From the NCBI RefSeq assembly GCF_009914755.1, contig NC_060926.1: a stretch of 64,000 nucleotides of DNA. The stretch is one strand, 5' to 3'. This document shows positions 39,784 to 55,974 of this stretch, one piece after another; positions within the stretch are counted from its first letter, which is position 1; every line of letters starts with the position of its first letter. The translations under genes and the position numbers were made by a program. Origin of the DNA: the human T2T-CHM13v2.0 reference genome, Homo sapiens. The notes under the pieces are model-generated. The model saw nothing but the letters and a program-made list of their open reading frames with translations, ran no database searches and was not told the DNA's origin.

Positions 39784-41118
39784 TGTGATTGGAGTGTTGC
39801 TTTTCTGGCTGGAAACCTCTGTGGCCAGTGGTGCCTTTGCCCAAGTTTTGGTCTTGCACCCAGGGAGAATGAGGTAGGCAGACAAGTGGAGGGTGAGCAA
39901 GATGAAGAGAAGGTTTATTGCATGTTAGAACAGCTCGGAGGAGACCTGCAGTAGGGTAGCTCCTCTCTGTAGGCAGGTTGTCTCATTGAGTCTTCAGCTC
40001 TCAGCAGAGAGGAGGCCCTGGAATGGGTGGCTCCTCTCTGTAGGCAAGTCATCCCAGTGAGTGTTCAGCTCTCAGGAGAGAGGGTAGGTCTTCTCTGCAG
40101 CTGGTCATTTGGTCATCTTCCACTCTCAGCAGTCAGGAGGCCCTGAAGAGGATAGCTCCTCTCTGCAGCTGGTCATCCAGTAGTCTGCAGCTCTCAACAG
40201 AAAGGAGGCCCTGGAGAAGGTAGCTCCTTTCTGCAGCTGTTCATCCCAACATCTGTTCTGCTCTCAGCAGAGAGGGTAGCTCTTCTCTGTAGCTGGTCAT
40301 CCCAACATCTGTTCAGCTCTCAGCAGAGAGAGTAGGTCCTCTCTGCAGCTGGTCAACCCAACTTCTGCAGTTCTCAGCACAGATGAGGCCCCAGAGAGGG
40401 TAGCTCCTTTCTGCAACTGGTCATCCCCACATCTGCTCTTCTCTGGCTGAGTCTGGGGTATGCATTGTCTTCAGATGGGGGAAGTGCATGCTGATTGGTC
40501 CATCAGCAGCCACAGGTGGGCACAAGAAAAAGCACCACAAGCTCCACCTCTGGTCCACAGGACTGGCAGCCCAGCCCCCAGACTTTGAAGGTGGGGCTTC
40601 GCCAGGGACCCACCACCTTCCTCCCAGGAGCCTGTCTGCCTCCTGCCACCAATCATGGCATCCAGGCTGCTCAGACGAAGGGGCACCTGCAGGCCAGTGC
40701 TGATCTGCCCTCAGCCCCATCTCGGCTTCCCTCCCATGCTTGTCAGTGCCCAAAGTCCAGAAGGGGGCTGAGGAGGCAGGGGGCTGGTGTCCCAGTACTG
40801 CTCTGAGTGTGCACCCACCCAGCAGGGCTATGACAGTGCCCAGGTTCACATGCAACCTTACTCCATGATCGGAGTGGGCACCGGGAGTGGGGAGAGACCA
40901 GGCAGCAGGAGCAGGCCCTTCTGAGCCTGCAAGGGTCAGGGAGGCCTTCTGGGGCCTCCAAAGCACAGAGATGCCAGGATCTACAGCTAGGCTTGGGCAG
41001 CTGCTGTGGCACCCAGGGGTGGGGCTCCTGCCTGCTCCATGGAGCAGAAGGCCCAGGCTGCACCTCCTCACTGCAGCCAGTGTTTTGGCAGTGGCCAGAT
41101 GAGCCACTGCTGCCATCA
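39784..41118 (-). mobile_element. MER52-type solo LTR
   Basis: TG...CA ends, 4-bp TSD GTTT, minus-strand AATAAA at ~39914, internal ~55-65 bp imperfect repeats (agctcctctctgcagctggtcatcc...). Confidence 0.8.
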
Positions 41119-41259
41119 GTTTCATGAAACTTGACCTGAATATGTATGTAAATGCAAGAATAATAAATCTATATATGCTATAAAATATGATACTATCCAA
41201 GGTGCTTTATTGTCTTTGTATCAGTCAATCTTAGTTAGCTGTAATGAGAAATCTCAGAT

Positions 41260-42070
41260 CACATTTTTTTTATGTTAACTTTTATTTTAAGTTCAGGGTA
41301 CATGTGCAGGTTTGTTATATAGGTAAACTTGTGTCATGGGGGTTTGTTGTACAGATTATTTTGTCACCCAGATATTAAGCCTAGTACCCATTAGTTATTT
41401 TTCCTGATCCTTTTTCTTTCTCCTCCCACCCTCCATCCTCTGATAAACCCCCCAGTGTGTGTTGTTCCTCTCTGTGTGTCCATGTGTTCTCATCTTTTAG
41501 CTCCCACTTATAAGTGAGAACACCAATATTTAGGTTTCTGTTCCTGCATTAGTTTGCTAAGGATAATAGCCTCCAGATATCCATTTTCCTGCAGAGGACA
41601 TGATCTCATTCTTTTTTATGGCTGCATAGTATTCCATGGTGTATATGTACCACATTTTCTTCATCCAGTCTACCATTGATGGGAATTTAGGTTGATTCTA
41701 TGTCTTTGCTATTGTGAATAGTGCTGCAATGAACATATGTGTAGCTGTGTCTTTATAATGGAAGGATTTCTATTCCTTTGTGTGTATACCCAGTAATGGA
41801 ATTGCTGGGTAGAATTGTATTTGTGTTTTTCGGTCTTTGAGGAATTACCACACTGTCTGTCTTCCACATTGGTTGAACTAATTTACACTCCCACTAACAG
41901 TGTATAAGTGTTCCTTTTTCTCCCCAACCTGGCCAGCATCTGTTGTTTTTTGACTTTTTAATAGTAGCCATTCTGACTGGTGCCAAGTGGTATCTTATTT
42001 TTTGTGGTTTTGGTTTGCATTTCTCTAATGATCATTGATGTTGAGCTTTTTTCATATGATATTTGACTGC
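41260..42070 (-). mobile_element. 5'-truncated L1PA-type 3' end
   Basis: L1 3' UTR (ggtacatgtgcaggtttgtt, cccacttataagtgagaac); perfect 16-bp TSD atgagaaatctcagat (41244-41259 / 42071-42086). Confidence 0.92.
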
Positions 42071-42569
42071 ATGAGAAATCTCAGATTAGACTTTTTAAAA
42101 CTTCTCTAGACAAGAAGTCAAGCAAAGAACTTGCCCATTTATGTCCTATTACAAGCAGAGTATATTTTTATTGAACCAGTGCAAATACCCATATTGCATA
42201 TAAGAATATTTAAGAAGAGTTTCCAAATCCTGGAACCATCAGGTAGGAAGAAAAAGATAAATGTTCCCTTTCTATTTACAAAGTACATTTTATCAAATTA
42301 ATGTAAGTTATTGACAGCTCATAAAAAAGAAAAAAAATTTCCCTAAATCTAGAAAACAATACATTAAAAAAACCAACGTTTTAACAAAAAGTAATAAAAT
42401 GAATAATCATTCTCATCAGTTAATTTAGCCTCATCTAATTAACTCTTTTGTTTTGTTTGATATTTTGTTAATAGTTTCATGAAACTATCAGTTTTCTCTT
42501 AGAGTTTTGGAACTTCTTACCCAGTCCAATAGCATAATCTTAGTTATCAGACACCTGTACTTACCAGTC

Positions 42570-43352
<783 letters not shown>

Positions 43353-44844
43353 AAGCAATCATTTTCTATGAATATCTTGCAATGCTGTGTCATAGCTGCT
43401 TTCAAAATCTTTCAGGAAGAAAATTTGGTTAGTCTTAAAAATACAGCATTATAAGACAATCATTAGTTTTATAACTGATAACATTATACCAGGAAATATG
43501 AGACGTCTAGGAATTTTATACAATTTCTAGAACACTCATCAATGACAAATATAACTTAGAGAAAGTTCAGCATCACTTATTATTTGGCAGTGCCTCTCAT
43601 GCAATTTAACACATCAAATAAGTCTAATTAGTTTAACTTCCCTCTTGTTACAAGGAGATAAAATTAATTCTTTTGACATATTTCAGGGACCCTTCTGGAA
43701 ACTCTCAATGTTAATTTGAGGTCCAAAAGACTTGATTTAGAATGTGATTTTGGGGAGCTGTCAAAAATGTCAAAAGGTTTAAAACACTTGATTAAATAGG
43801 TACACAGGTCACTGTGAAACAATACCAAAGTGACAATGATTTCAAAGGCAAACACAAAAAGTTTCATTGTGGTTAAAAAAAAAAAAAAAAAAAGTTTAGC
43901 TCTTTTAGTATTGAAAAGATTACACTTTTCTTCAATAATAAAAGGCTTTTAAAAAGACAACATGAAGTACAAAAAGTTACCTTGATTAAACACAAAATCT
44001 GTGTTTCTAGGCCAATTATTTAACAGATAAGGAAAAAAAACCTTTCACATTCACAGGGAGACCAATACTCCAAGAAAATGTGTCCTTTTAACAGAGAGAA
44101 AACCTAATTCTAACTTTGCACCAGTACATCACCGAGTTTTTTTAACTTACAAGTAAAATCTATCTAATGTTTGTACTATGACCACAAATAAAGTTCTTCT
44201 TTCATAGACCTTCTGCAACTTTCTGTATCTATTCATTTTTTTTTGTCTTAGTCTTTTTCTCCTTTTTTATTCCGGATCAATAAGTCATCTTGCTTTAAGA
44301 CAAAATTACTCTCTTTTTCTCTTAAGGAAAACACGTACATTTTATACTTTTCCTTATTAAAAATACATCTCACTTTTAAAATACATTTTTCACATACATA
44401 TTTGTGTACAGTTGTTTTCATTCATCCTTTGTTTTTAGTAGTTTTAATTACATGTATTAATTAAAATTCTTTACCCTTAGTAGCCTTAATATCTAGCGAA
44501 AATTAGGATGTACGTGGTTTCATTGGCCTAAATCCTATTTCCCCATAGCACAGGATATGCTTACCAGTGCACCCAATTATCTCTAGTTCCTCTTTAATAA
44601 CGAGCCTAAAGTACATAAGCTTAAACTTACGTTTATTTAGTGATTAATAATTTTAGTAGTTTATCTCATACGGAAATGATCTAGATACTTAATTTATATG
44701 TATATTTTCATATTTAATTTTAATCTATAAGTCTATCCTATTGGAAAGTTCCCAGTTATAAATTTTAAGTCTTCTGGCTACTTCTGATGGGTTGAACTTA
44801 TAAGTTCTGTTTTTCTATAGTATGAGCATTTATATTTATTTCTG

Positions 44845-45395
44845 CTTTCAGGTCTTCAAGGGATTGCCACACTGTCTTCCACACTGGTTGAACTAATTTA
44901 CACTCCCAGTAACAGCGTATAAGCGTTCCTTTTTCTCTGCAACCTTGCCAGCATCTTTTATTTTTTGTCTTTTTTGGTCTAAAGTGGTATTTCACTGTGG
45001 TTTTGATTTGAATTTCTCTAATGATCAGTGATATTGAGCTTTTTTTACACGATTGCTGACCACATGTATGTCTCCTTTTGAAAAGTGTTCATGTCCTTTG
45101 CCCACTTTTTAGTGGGGTTGCTTTTTCTTGTAAATTTGTTTAAGTTTTTTATAGATGCTGGATATTAGACCTTCGTCAGATGCATAGTTTGCAAAAATCT
45201 TCTCCCATCCTGCAGGTTGTCTGTTCACCCTGTTGATAGTTTCATTTGCTGTGCAGAAACTCTTTAGTTTAATTAGATCCCATTTGTCAATTTTTGCTTT
45301 TGTTGCCGTTGCTTTTTGTGTTTTCATCATGAAATCTTTGCTCATTCCTATACCCAGAATGGTATTTCCTAGGTTGTTTTCCAGGGTTTTTATAG
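44845..45395 (-). mobile_element. L1P ORF2 C-terminal fragment
   Basis: Translates as [11 protein letters not shown]...[16 protein letters not shown]...WEKIFANY and [12 protein letters not shown]. Confidence 0.9.
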
Positions 45396-46231
45396 TGTTT
45401 CTTATGTTTCTGAAGATATTATGGTTTTTGTAAAGATTTATTTGATTCCCTTTATTGTCTCTCTTTATTTTTGGTCTAATAAACTCAGTTACCACTTATC
45501 CATCTACTTCTGATTTCTATTTTTTTAATCGGTTATCTTTTCTTCACTTTCTCTTAATCCTTGTACCTTGTAGGATTATGCCTTTTAAAAAAAATCCCTT
45601 TAGTGTCATTTTTAGTGGATTTTTGAGAGGAAACAGAGGTAAACATGTTCATTAAATTCTCCATTCTTAATATAAAACGCCTCTGGATTTTTAAAACATG
45701 CTTATTTTAAAAATCACATTCAGATTGCTCTGTTATCTCTAGTCCTCAGTTGTTAAATCTCCCATGGGTTAAGTTGGCTGATTGTTGATTCTGGTGGTTG
45801 TTAGTTCTTTGTAATATTTAATCATGAATTTATCTTTCGAAGAGCATATTTTCATGTAATCTTGCATTTGCCCTTGATTACAAAGAAATCTACATGGGGG
45901 AAGTTTCATGGCTGTACTGGCTGGGGCACTACTGGGTCATATGGTTCACAGCATTTTTTGTTGTTGCTAAATTTCTTGGCCCTGAGTTTCCACACCATTC
46001 CAAATGGCAGGTTTGGGACCTCATCATCTGATACTCAGGCTTGGGATTCTAGAATGTTCCTCAAATGACCTTCTTTTTCCCATGGCCTGGGGCAGGCAGC
46101 TCACTTGTGGATCATGTCCAGAGTTGGCAGGTGTTTTTGCCTGGGAAAGTCTCTATGTCTCCTTCATCTTTGAAGGATAATTTTGCTGAATATGATATTT
46201 GAGGTTGAAAGTTTTTCCTTCAGCACTTTGA

Positions 46232-46640
<409 letters not shown>

Positions 46641-46728
46641 AGGTCCTTTCTTTATCTTTGACCTTCTTTATCTTTGAGTTTGATGAATAGATGCCTTGAG
46701 ATAATCTTATTTGAATTGAATCTGCTTG

Positions 46729-47438
46729 TGATAGTGACAGGAGACAGACAAATTCCTAGTCAGACAGGGATGGGTCCCTGGTGAAACCTGACCTTCAAAT
46801 CAAGGACAGTTTAAAGCCTGAAAACCCAGCTGCTAGTTCTAGATAGAGTCCATGACTGGAGTGAGAACTTCTATCCTCATCTCACCCACTCTCTCTTGAT
46901 TGGCTACTTCTGGATGATGTCTTTTAACCAATCAAAGGTGTTTTTTCCAAAGCCACCCATGGACCAGTCAGCAAGTATTCCTCCATTTTTAGCCCATAAA
47001 AATCCCAGACTCAGCCTCACAGATGGCTACCCCACTTTCAGTGTCCGCTCCTGCAGCTGAGAGCTTTTCTTCTGTCACTCAATAAAATTCTTCTCCGCCT
47101 TACTCACTCTCCAGTGTCCACATATCTTATTCCTCTTGATCACAGGACAAGAACCCGGAACTCACCAAGCTACAGTAGGCAGGAGTGAAGGAGCTGTGAT
47201 GCTCCTGGCTGGCTTGATGAGCTACAGATTACAGGGGTGAAAGAGCTGTAACCCTCCCTTCCACTTGCCGAACTGCAGGAGCAAAAGAGCTGTGACACTC
47301 CTGGCTAGCTCACCAAACTGTGGGAGGTGGGAATAAGAGCTATAACCCTCCCTCCAGCTCACAGAACTGCAAGAGTGAAAGAAGCCACTGAGTGCCACTC
47401 CCTCCTACTCGCCAAACTACAAAATCCACAGCATTTCA
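46729..47438 (+). mobile_element. ERV1 solo LTR (LTR9/MER50-like) inserted in an old L1
   Basis: TG...CA ends, CCAAT (~46928), cataaaa TATA-like box (~46995), AATAAA at 47081, short internal repeats; L1 sequence resumes on both sides. Confidence 0.7.
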
Positions 47439-47879
47439 TGTTCTATGACCTTCTTATAGCTGGATATTCACATCTTTCTCTGTATTACCACACATTTTTT
47501 TTGGCCTGGGTTTGGTAGCCAGACAGTGTTATATTTGTCTCTGCTAGATGTTTTAAGATCATAAAAGTATGAGTTTGACCTAAGAACAAATGTACAGATG
47601 AGAGTACATGCAATGACCATTGTTTTCTGTATATCAAACACAATTTAACCTTTAGTGATTTTCTTTGACAGGAAAAAGACTTAAAATAATGACCTGCTCT
47701 AATATCTCAGTTTTCAAGAGTAATCTAGGTAAAATTATTGTAAATAAAAAACAAGGTATATATAAATGGAATAAACATTTATACATAAAGTTTTCATGTA
47801 ATTTAAAATCTTGAAGTTATGTTAAAGTAAGTGATAGATATTTTTAAAATATCTAGGTAAGTTCTTTTCATTTTTTAAA

Positions 47880-47994
47880 TTAATTTTTGTGGAGATGAAG
47901 TCTTATGATATTGCCCAGTCTGGTCTCAGACTGCTAGGCCCAAGCAATCTTCCCACCTCAGCCTCCCAAAGTGCAGGATCACAGTCCTGAGCCA
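47880..47994 (-). mobile_element. Alu left monomer (FLAM-like)
   Basis: Degenerate ctcagcctcccaaagtgc monomer. Confidence 0.7.
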
Positions 47995-49447
47995 TTTCTA
48001 AATAAGATAAAATGCTGAAACATTAATTGTTAAACATAGCTTTAAGCTTATTTATTTTTGACTTCTTAAATATTATAAAAACACAAAAGATATTTGGGTC
48101 TATTAAGAAAACGTCCTATACCACATTAGAAATTGTTCTGTAAAAATATGTTTTTAAGTACTATAAAACATATATTCAGGGGATGTTTATATATAACAGT
48201 TCAGAAAAGTACTTATTCCTGGGTTTTTACTAAAAATTAAGGTTTCTAAAATTAAAGTTCTAATCAATATATTTAATTCTGTATACAAAATATACAAAAG
48301 CTAATTTTTGCAAGAGAAAAAATATTAAGTGGTTTCCATAATAATGGGAAAAAGAGAACGTTCTTGTCCTAAGATAAAATGACTGGCTGTTCCAATATTT
48401 TAAAAAAAAAAAAAAAAAAAACACAGAAAAGTGTAGGGCAGTAATGAGACTTTAAGAAAATAATGGAAGACCTAAGCAAGTTGGGGAGGGTTTATGAAGG
48501 ATGGTTTTGTAAAGGGAGTTTTGTGTGTGATTAGGTTGCCTGGATTTAAAAACATGTTTCTAAGTTTTCTAAAAATTAAACACTGACATCAGGGGTACCA
48601 TGGCACAGGGCTGGAGACTGGTCTTCTATGTTTGAAACAGAAAGGTTTTCTTAAAATATTGATCTGCTTTTAGTAAACAACAACAACAACAAAAACTACA
48701 GGAGGTTTGGGGTTTAATTCTGAATTCTGTTGAATTTTCAATCATCTTCTAAACTACACCTTTTTTCTATTTTAAATTTTCTACATAATTTCAACTTAGA
48801 AGTGCTGTCTTCCTCATTTAAATTGATAATTTCCTTTCTCAAGGTAGAGTTTTCCTCTTAAAGCTTTTCAGATTCATGTCTCAGGGGTTTGGCATTTTCA
48901 CATCTCACTACATGTGACTTACAGGTCATACGTCACTGCCTCCTGCTCTTCTTCCTTGAAAAGATACATCTTTTTGCTTTACTAAAGTGGTGACTGTCCC
49001 CTTCAACATTTGTCAGTTCCTGTAGCTTTTTCTTTTTTTATTTCAGACTCTACTCTTGTGGCCTGACCCAGAATGTTTGTCTTAAAGGCCTAGGAGGACA
49101 ACGTGTCCTCCAGCGTAAGTCGACTCTGTACTCAGCTCTTCCTGATGTGTCTAAATTGTTCTATGTAACCAGACAATTTCACGTGCTATTACTTTTTCTA
49201 AAAACCATGCATTCCGTTGCCCAAGGTATTGGTTTTCTTGTTTACCTTTTTCTCCTATAATATGGTGTACACTCCTAACCTTGGACATACTCTTACCGTG
49301 TCTAATTACCTTTGTATGAGGTTTGCCTTCCAGGTTATCCAAATAGGCTTCCCATAAAGACAAGCAGTTATACTGCAGGAGGCTTTTCTTTATCTTTTAA
49401 GTAATTTGCCTAAGAAACAGAGATTTCAAGTTTTAGGATAGTTTCTT

Positions 49448-49589
49448 GCCAGACACAGTATTGAGCACCTGTAGTTCCAGCTACTCAGGAGGCTAAGACA
49501 GGAGAGTTGCTTGAGTCTGGGAGTTCAAGACCAGCCTGGGCATCATAGCAAGACCTCTATCTCACTTTTTTTTTTTTTAAAAAAAAAAG
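49448..49589 (+). mobile_element. Alu monomer (FLAM-like)
   Basis: cctgtagttccagctactcaggaggct...gagttcaagaccagcctggg. Confidence 0.75.
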
Positions 49590-49784
49590 ATAACGTCTTG
49601 TGTTTTGTGCTGTTAATATTAATAAACTAATATTGGGTTTTTTGAAAGTCATCCCTAAGGCAGGTCTAAGGTTTTTTTTTTCTCTCAGCTATGTAACATT
49701 TTATATTTACTCTTAAAGTATTTTTATTATCCTTCTGATTCAATAAATGACTGTTATTTCAAAATGACATTTGATTCCACTTAT

Positions 49785-49957
49785 TATTATTATAGTTATT
49801 ATTATTTCATAAACATAAGGCTCACCCTGTCACCCAGGCTCAAGTGCAATCGCATGATCACAGCTCAGTGCAGCCTTAAACTCCTGGGCTCAAGGAATCC
49901 TCCTACCTCAGCCTCCTAGGTAGCTGGGATAACAGGTGCAAGACACAGTGCCTGGCT
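49785..49957 (-). mobile_element. Alu monomer (FAM/FRAM-like)
   Basis: cctgtcacccaggctcaagtgc...ctcctgggctcaaggaatcctcctacctcagcc. Confidence 0.75.
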
Positions 49958-50145
49958 CGTGATTCTATTTTAATTAAATGTTTTAAGCCTTTTAACATCT
50001 TTGACAAACTTCCCTAAAATAGAATTCTAACTTAAGTCTTTTTAACCTAACATCGACTTTGGGATTTTCCAGTTGGGCCCCTGGAAAGTCTCAAAGGATG
50101 AGGCTTATTTAATATGAGGCTTATTTAATATGTTTAATTGTATGA

Positions 50146-50778
<633 letters not shown>

Positions 50779-51104
50779 AAACATCTTTTAAGTTATATTC
50801 ATGTGGATGTTACTGACAGAAATCTTCATCGTCTAAAGATTATATGAAATTTATAAAAGTCTGATGGTCCTGGTGTGATGCTGTCAGTCATGATTCTCAT
50901 TTTTGTCTTAAAATGCTGTTTGCAATACAAATGACAGAATTCCTTTTCAAAAGTTGAACTTTCATCAGATTTCAAGCATGGCTATTCTAAGTTTTTATCA
51001 TCTACTGTGTTGATTCTTCTCTAAAGGCATCTGCAATCAGATTCATAAGACTCTTACAAGTACTCTTAAATACAGGCTTTTAATTACTTTAAGATCATGG
51101 ACTA

Positions 51105-51405
51105 GGGTCGGGCATGATGGCTCATGTCTGTAGTTCCAACACTTTGGGAGGTCGAGGCGGGAAGATCACTTGAGGTCAGGTGCTCGAGACCAGCCTGGCC
51201 AACATAGCAAAACCCCAACTCTACTGAAAATACAAAAATTAGCCAGTTGTGGTGGCGTGCACCTTTAATCCCAGCTACTCAGGAGGCTGAAGCACAAGAA
51301 TTGTTTGAACCCAGGAAGTGGAGGTTGCAGTGAGCCAAGATCACACAACTGCCCTCCAGCCTGGGCGACAGAGTGAGACTCTGTCTCAAAAAAAAAAAAA
51401 AAAAA
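51105..51405 (+). mobile_element. Alu (AluS-like)
   Basis: Full length; TSD aagatca(g)tggacta. Confidence 0.93.
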
Positions 51406-51920
51406 GATCAGTGGACTAAATAAATAACATTTCTAAAACTCTAACGAGAAGAACTGATAGGTTTATAAAACTGCTAATCAAAATCAAGCAGAATAAAAAT
51501 TGATTACATGAAATTGAATAACTGATACAAATTATGATTTTTATATCATTTGAAATATTGTTAGTTCTTTACTTAAATGTCTTGTTTTCCAGATTTAAGA
51601 AAAGTTTCTCTCTTAAGCTATCTGTAGTTTAACAACAATTTGGTGAGGCAAATTTTCATGAACAAAGGTGAAAACATTTGCTTATTCTTCCTACTTGATC
51701 CTTCTAAAATTTGGAAATTATCTGTGAGTACTTTTTATTTTATGACAATATAGTTATTCACATAAGTTCAATAAAATTCTGTTTCTTTATAGGAAGATGC
51801 AATTTAAAATGTTAATTATATTATCAGGGTTAGATGAAGTTATCATATTTTAACCTATTTCCGGGTACTGCAGTTAAAATCAGAAGCCTGCCTTAATTTG
51901 GCTTCCTAGTCTCAAAATTA

Positions 51921-52310
<390 letters not shown>

Positions 52311-53636
52311 CTAAATTTGGTGTTACTCTGATTATCTTCAGTAAAAATTGGGATGTCTAGAATACACTCGTTATTGCTTTTGTATTGTAGTCCAGTGCAT
52401 TGTTTTTGATTTTTTATTATCTGTCTGTAGAATGGACTGTATCTTAAATTCTTCTGGTTTCCTCTGATCCAATTTTCCCCCATGGAATTACTAAGCAGGA
52501 AATTACTCTTTCCTAAAGCCCTAAACTAAAACTAAACAACTTAATATACATTTCAAGGAGCAAGACTCATGCCTGATGTATGGGTCCACCCAGAATGTTC
52601 ACCAACCATCCCCGCCACAGTGCCATCATCAGAGATATTTGAACTACAAAACTGGCAACTTCATGCTTAGGCAGCTTTTCCCAAGACCGTCAAAATACAA
52701 CTCCATATGGTAATACGACTCCTACCCCTCTCATTGACTACCTTTCCACTTCACAGGATAATGCTATCATTAAAATTTCACAAATTAGATACTGCTATAG
52801 GTAACTTGACAGAATCTGACCTAAAAAAATCCTTCAGTCCACCTGGAGAGCATCTTCGGCAATATCCCAGCACGAATTTTTGTTCAAATTGTCCCTTTTC
52901 TAGAGGTGACACTCTCTGCTTTAATTCAGCTCACTCACGGAATGCTACACAATGGCTGCAACAGGTCTCAATTTGATTTGCCTAGTTGGTTGCCTTGAGG
53001 CTTGGGCTTTTGGTTCAAAACCATTGTACAAATTGGATTTATTATATTGTTGCTGGTTGTTGTTTTTTTTTTTTTTTTGTATTCTGCTCTGTAAGCTCTG
53101 CTTTTATTGCCTGTCTAATCTTTGCAAAGCCAGTTCTCCCAACAGGATAATGTTAGCCCCACACTTCAAGATGATTGCTGATGCCTGCCAGAATAATCAG
53201 ATAGAACTTGATGCTAAACTCCAGGCAACTCTGCCCTGAGAGAGCTTTTTTCCCCCACTTCTGGTCTCTCTTGCCCAAATGTGGCCCGGGTCCCTGACAC
53301 TGACTCTTGTACTTTCCCCTCAATGTAAGACCACAGGGATGGGCTCATCCTGGCATGAAGGACAATAAAGCCTAACTTCAAGATGGTTACCCAGTGATGC
53401 TTTCAGACAATGATCTTGATCAACAGGTGGAAATATGAAAATTGATTACATAAATTACAGTTATCTTGTCACATACAACTAAATTAGAGTTGAGTGTCCA
53501 GAGGAGAAAGAAGCATTCAGTGCACAAAGGGCCTGACCAGGGATTACATCACAGTTCAGCTGCCAAAATGACCTGCTGTAACCTTAAGACCAGTTTTACC
53601 AAGTAGCTGCTGTGATTTCAAGACTAGTTTTATCCA

Positions 53637-53965
<329 letters not shown>

Positions 53966-54181
53966 CTATCAGAGCTTGTCAACTCCCAAAAACCTTTGCT
54001 TAATGCCAGTGAGTTTTCTTTCAAAACAATACTTAACATTTCTCTTTCTAATAAAACCTGCAACTTTCTCTTTGTTGCAAAGACCACCCCAGTCTGTGTA
54101 CACACCCTGAATTGTAATTCTGTCTTGCCACATAAAAGGTTTTGTTTAGAAATTCATCTCTAGATTTTATGTGACTTTGAT

Positions 54182-55340
54182 ACTTCCTAGACATTTATCT
54201 GAACCTTTATAAATCTACATATATTATAATTTTTTATACAAATGGGTAAGCCATTTATTACACATGCTGTTCTACCTTCCTCCTTCATTCCACATTATTT
54301 CTTGAAGAACTTTCTGTGTCCGCTCATATACCTACCTCATTAATTTTTTAAGGTTCTTCTTTAAAAACAGTTTTATTCAGGTGTAATTTACCAACTATAA
54401 GACCTGCCTGTTTTAAGGATACAATCCATTGTTTTTAGTAAACTAACAGAGCTGTAAAACCATCGCCACAGGTTACTTCTATCACCCCAAAAAGAACCGT
54501 TGTGACTATTTATAATCAATCTGTGTTCCCAACCCCAGGCCCAGGCAACCAGTCATCTGTTTTCAGTCTCTGCAGATTTGCCTTTTCAGGAAACATTTTA
54601 GGCAAATGGAATCATATAATATGTGGTTCTGTTCTGGCTTCTTCCACTTAGCAGAATGTTTTTAGCTTTGACTTTAAACTACTGCATTCACAGTATTCCA
54701 TGGTGTGGCTGCAACTTCAGAGTGTAACTAATGAATTCCCTATTGATAAACATTTGGGTTGCTTCTAATCTCTGATTTTTGTAAATAAGGCTGCAATGAA
54801 TGTTCTGTACACATTTGTCCAACTAAGCAGCTATTTCTGTAGGATAGGTTTGTAGTAGTATAATTCCTGAATCAGAGATTGTGTGCATTAAAAGAGAGAT
54901 CATCAAATTGCTTTCTCTAAAGCTTGTACCTATTTATCTACTACCAGCAATGCATGAAAGTATCTTCTTCTAATCTGGTGAATTCTCACTCCAAAATTAC
55001 AAGATGCAAAAGCCTGCACTCCACTCTGTGCACTGGGTCCTCAAAATGACCCGAGTTGTCCTTGTGTTCTTCTGATCACTTTCTCCTTAGCTTTTCCTTT
55101 ATTTTAACGTTTTAAAACATTTTCATTGTGAATAGCATACATACTACAAGTTAAGAAAAACTTACGTTTATAGCCTAAGGAATAATAATACACTAAATCC
55201 CAAGCATCTATCATGTGGGTAAGGAAAGAAGGCATTATCAGTGCCTTCAAAAGCCCCAATGTGTTTCTCCCTTCCCCGACCCTTTAATAAACATCACCTG
55301 AACCTTTGTGGGAACCGTTCTTTTTCCTTAGAGTTTGCAC
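54182..55340 (-). mobile_element. Old L1M (MB/MC/ME) 3' fragments
   Basis: ccccaggcaaccagtcatctg...aaatggaatcatataatatgtgg...ctggcttcttccacttagc. Confidence 0.7.
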
Positions 55341-55427
55341 ATAAGTTTGTGTGGAGGGATTTGTACTGAGTCAGCATGATAAGATAGAATTGTGTTTCCC
55401 CAAATTCTCTTCCTTTCACATTTCCAG

Positions 55428-55514
55428 GTCAGTGGGGGGCCAGAAGGGACCTCATGTGTGAGATCTGGAAGCGGGAATTGGAGCAGCAGTTTCATTCTGC
55501 TTCAGCTCAGGAAG
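55428..55514 (+). other. RUFY4: Candidate 87-nt non-coding internal exon (RUFY4 5' UTR-type)
   Basis: Pyrimidine tract ttctcttcctttcacatttccAG| at 55427 and AAG|GTCAGT donor at 55514/55515. Confidence 0.45.
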
Positions 55515-55974
55515 GTCAGTGCAAGGTGCCAGACACCACCATATGATGGGTGTGTGCTTGTGGGGGAGAGAGAGAGAGGGAGGGACACTCAAAGTGGGTG
55601 CTGCTGGCTGACCTGGAAGAGCTCTCTGCCTTTCTGCTACCTGATCAGGGGGATTTGGTGAACTTACTCAACCCTTTGCACCTTCTAAGTCCCACCCCTG
55701 ACACTCCTGACTACTGCTTCACCCAAGGATATGAGATGCCCTAGAGCATCCCAGAACACATTTCTTTCCATGATGCGTGGTCTGCAGCAGGAAGCTTGGG
55801 TTGGGGATGAGGGGATGCAAGGCTGGGCTCCATCTCTATTCTATCCTTCTCTTTACGACACAACAAATAACAAAGAGATTTACTTCTTGTAAAGACTCTC
55901 ACCCAAGACCTCTGCTCACTCTTGCCCCACTTCTCTGTAGCAGTTTGGAAGCTTTTGGTTGGAAGAAACAAAAT

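Noticed and set aside
39950-40430. Array of ~55-65 bp repeats that superficially resembles CRISPR
   Set aside because: Imperfect units without unique spacers, internal to a MER52-type LTR in mammalian DNA.
40421-41200. 259-aa minus-strand ORF
   Set aside because: Lies in GC-rich MER52 LTR sequence with no gag/pol/env motifs.
50098-50132. 16-bp tandem duplication atgaggcttatttaat
   Set aside because: Isolated slippage event inside ERV debris.
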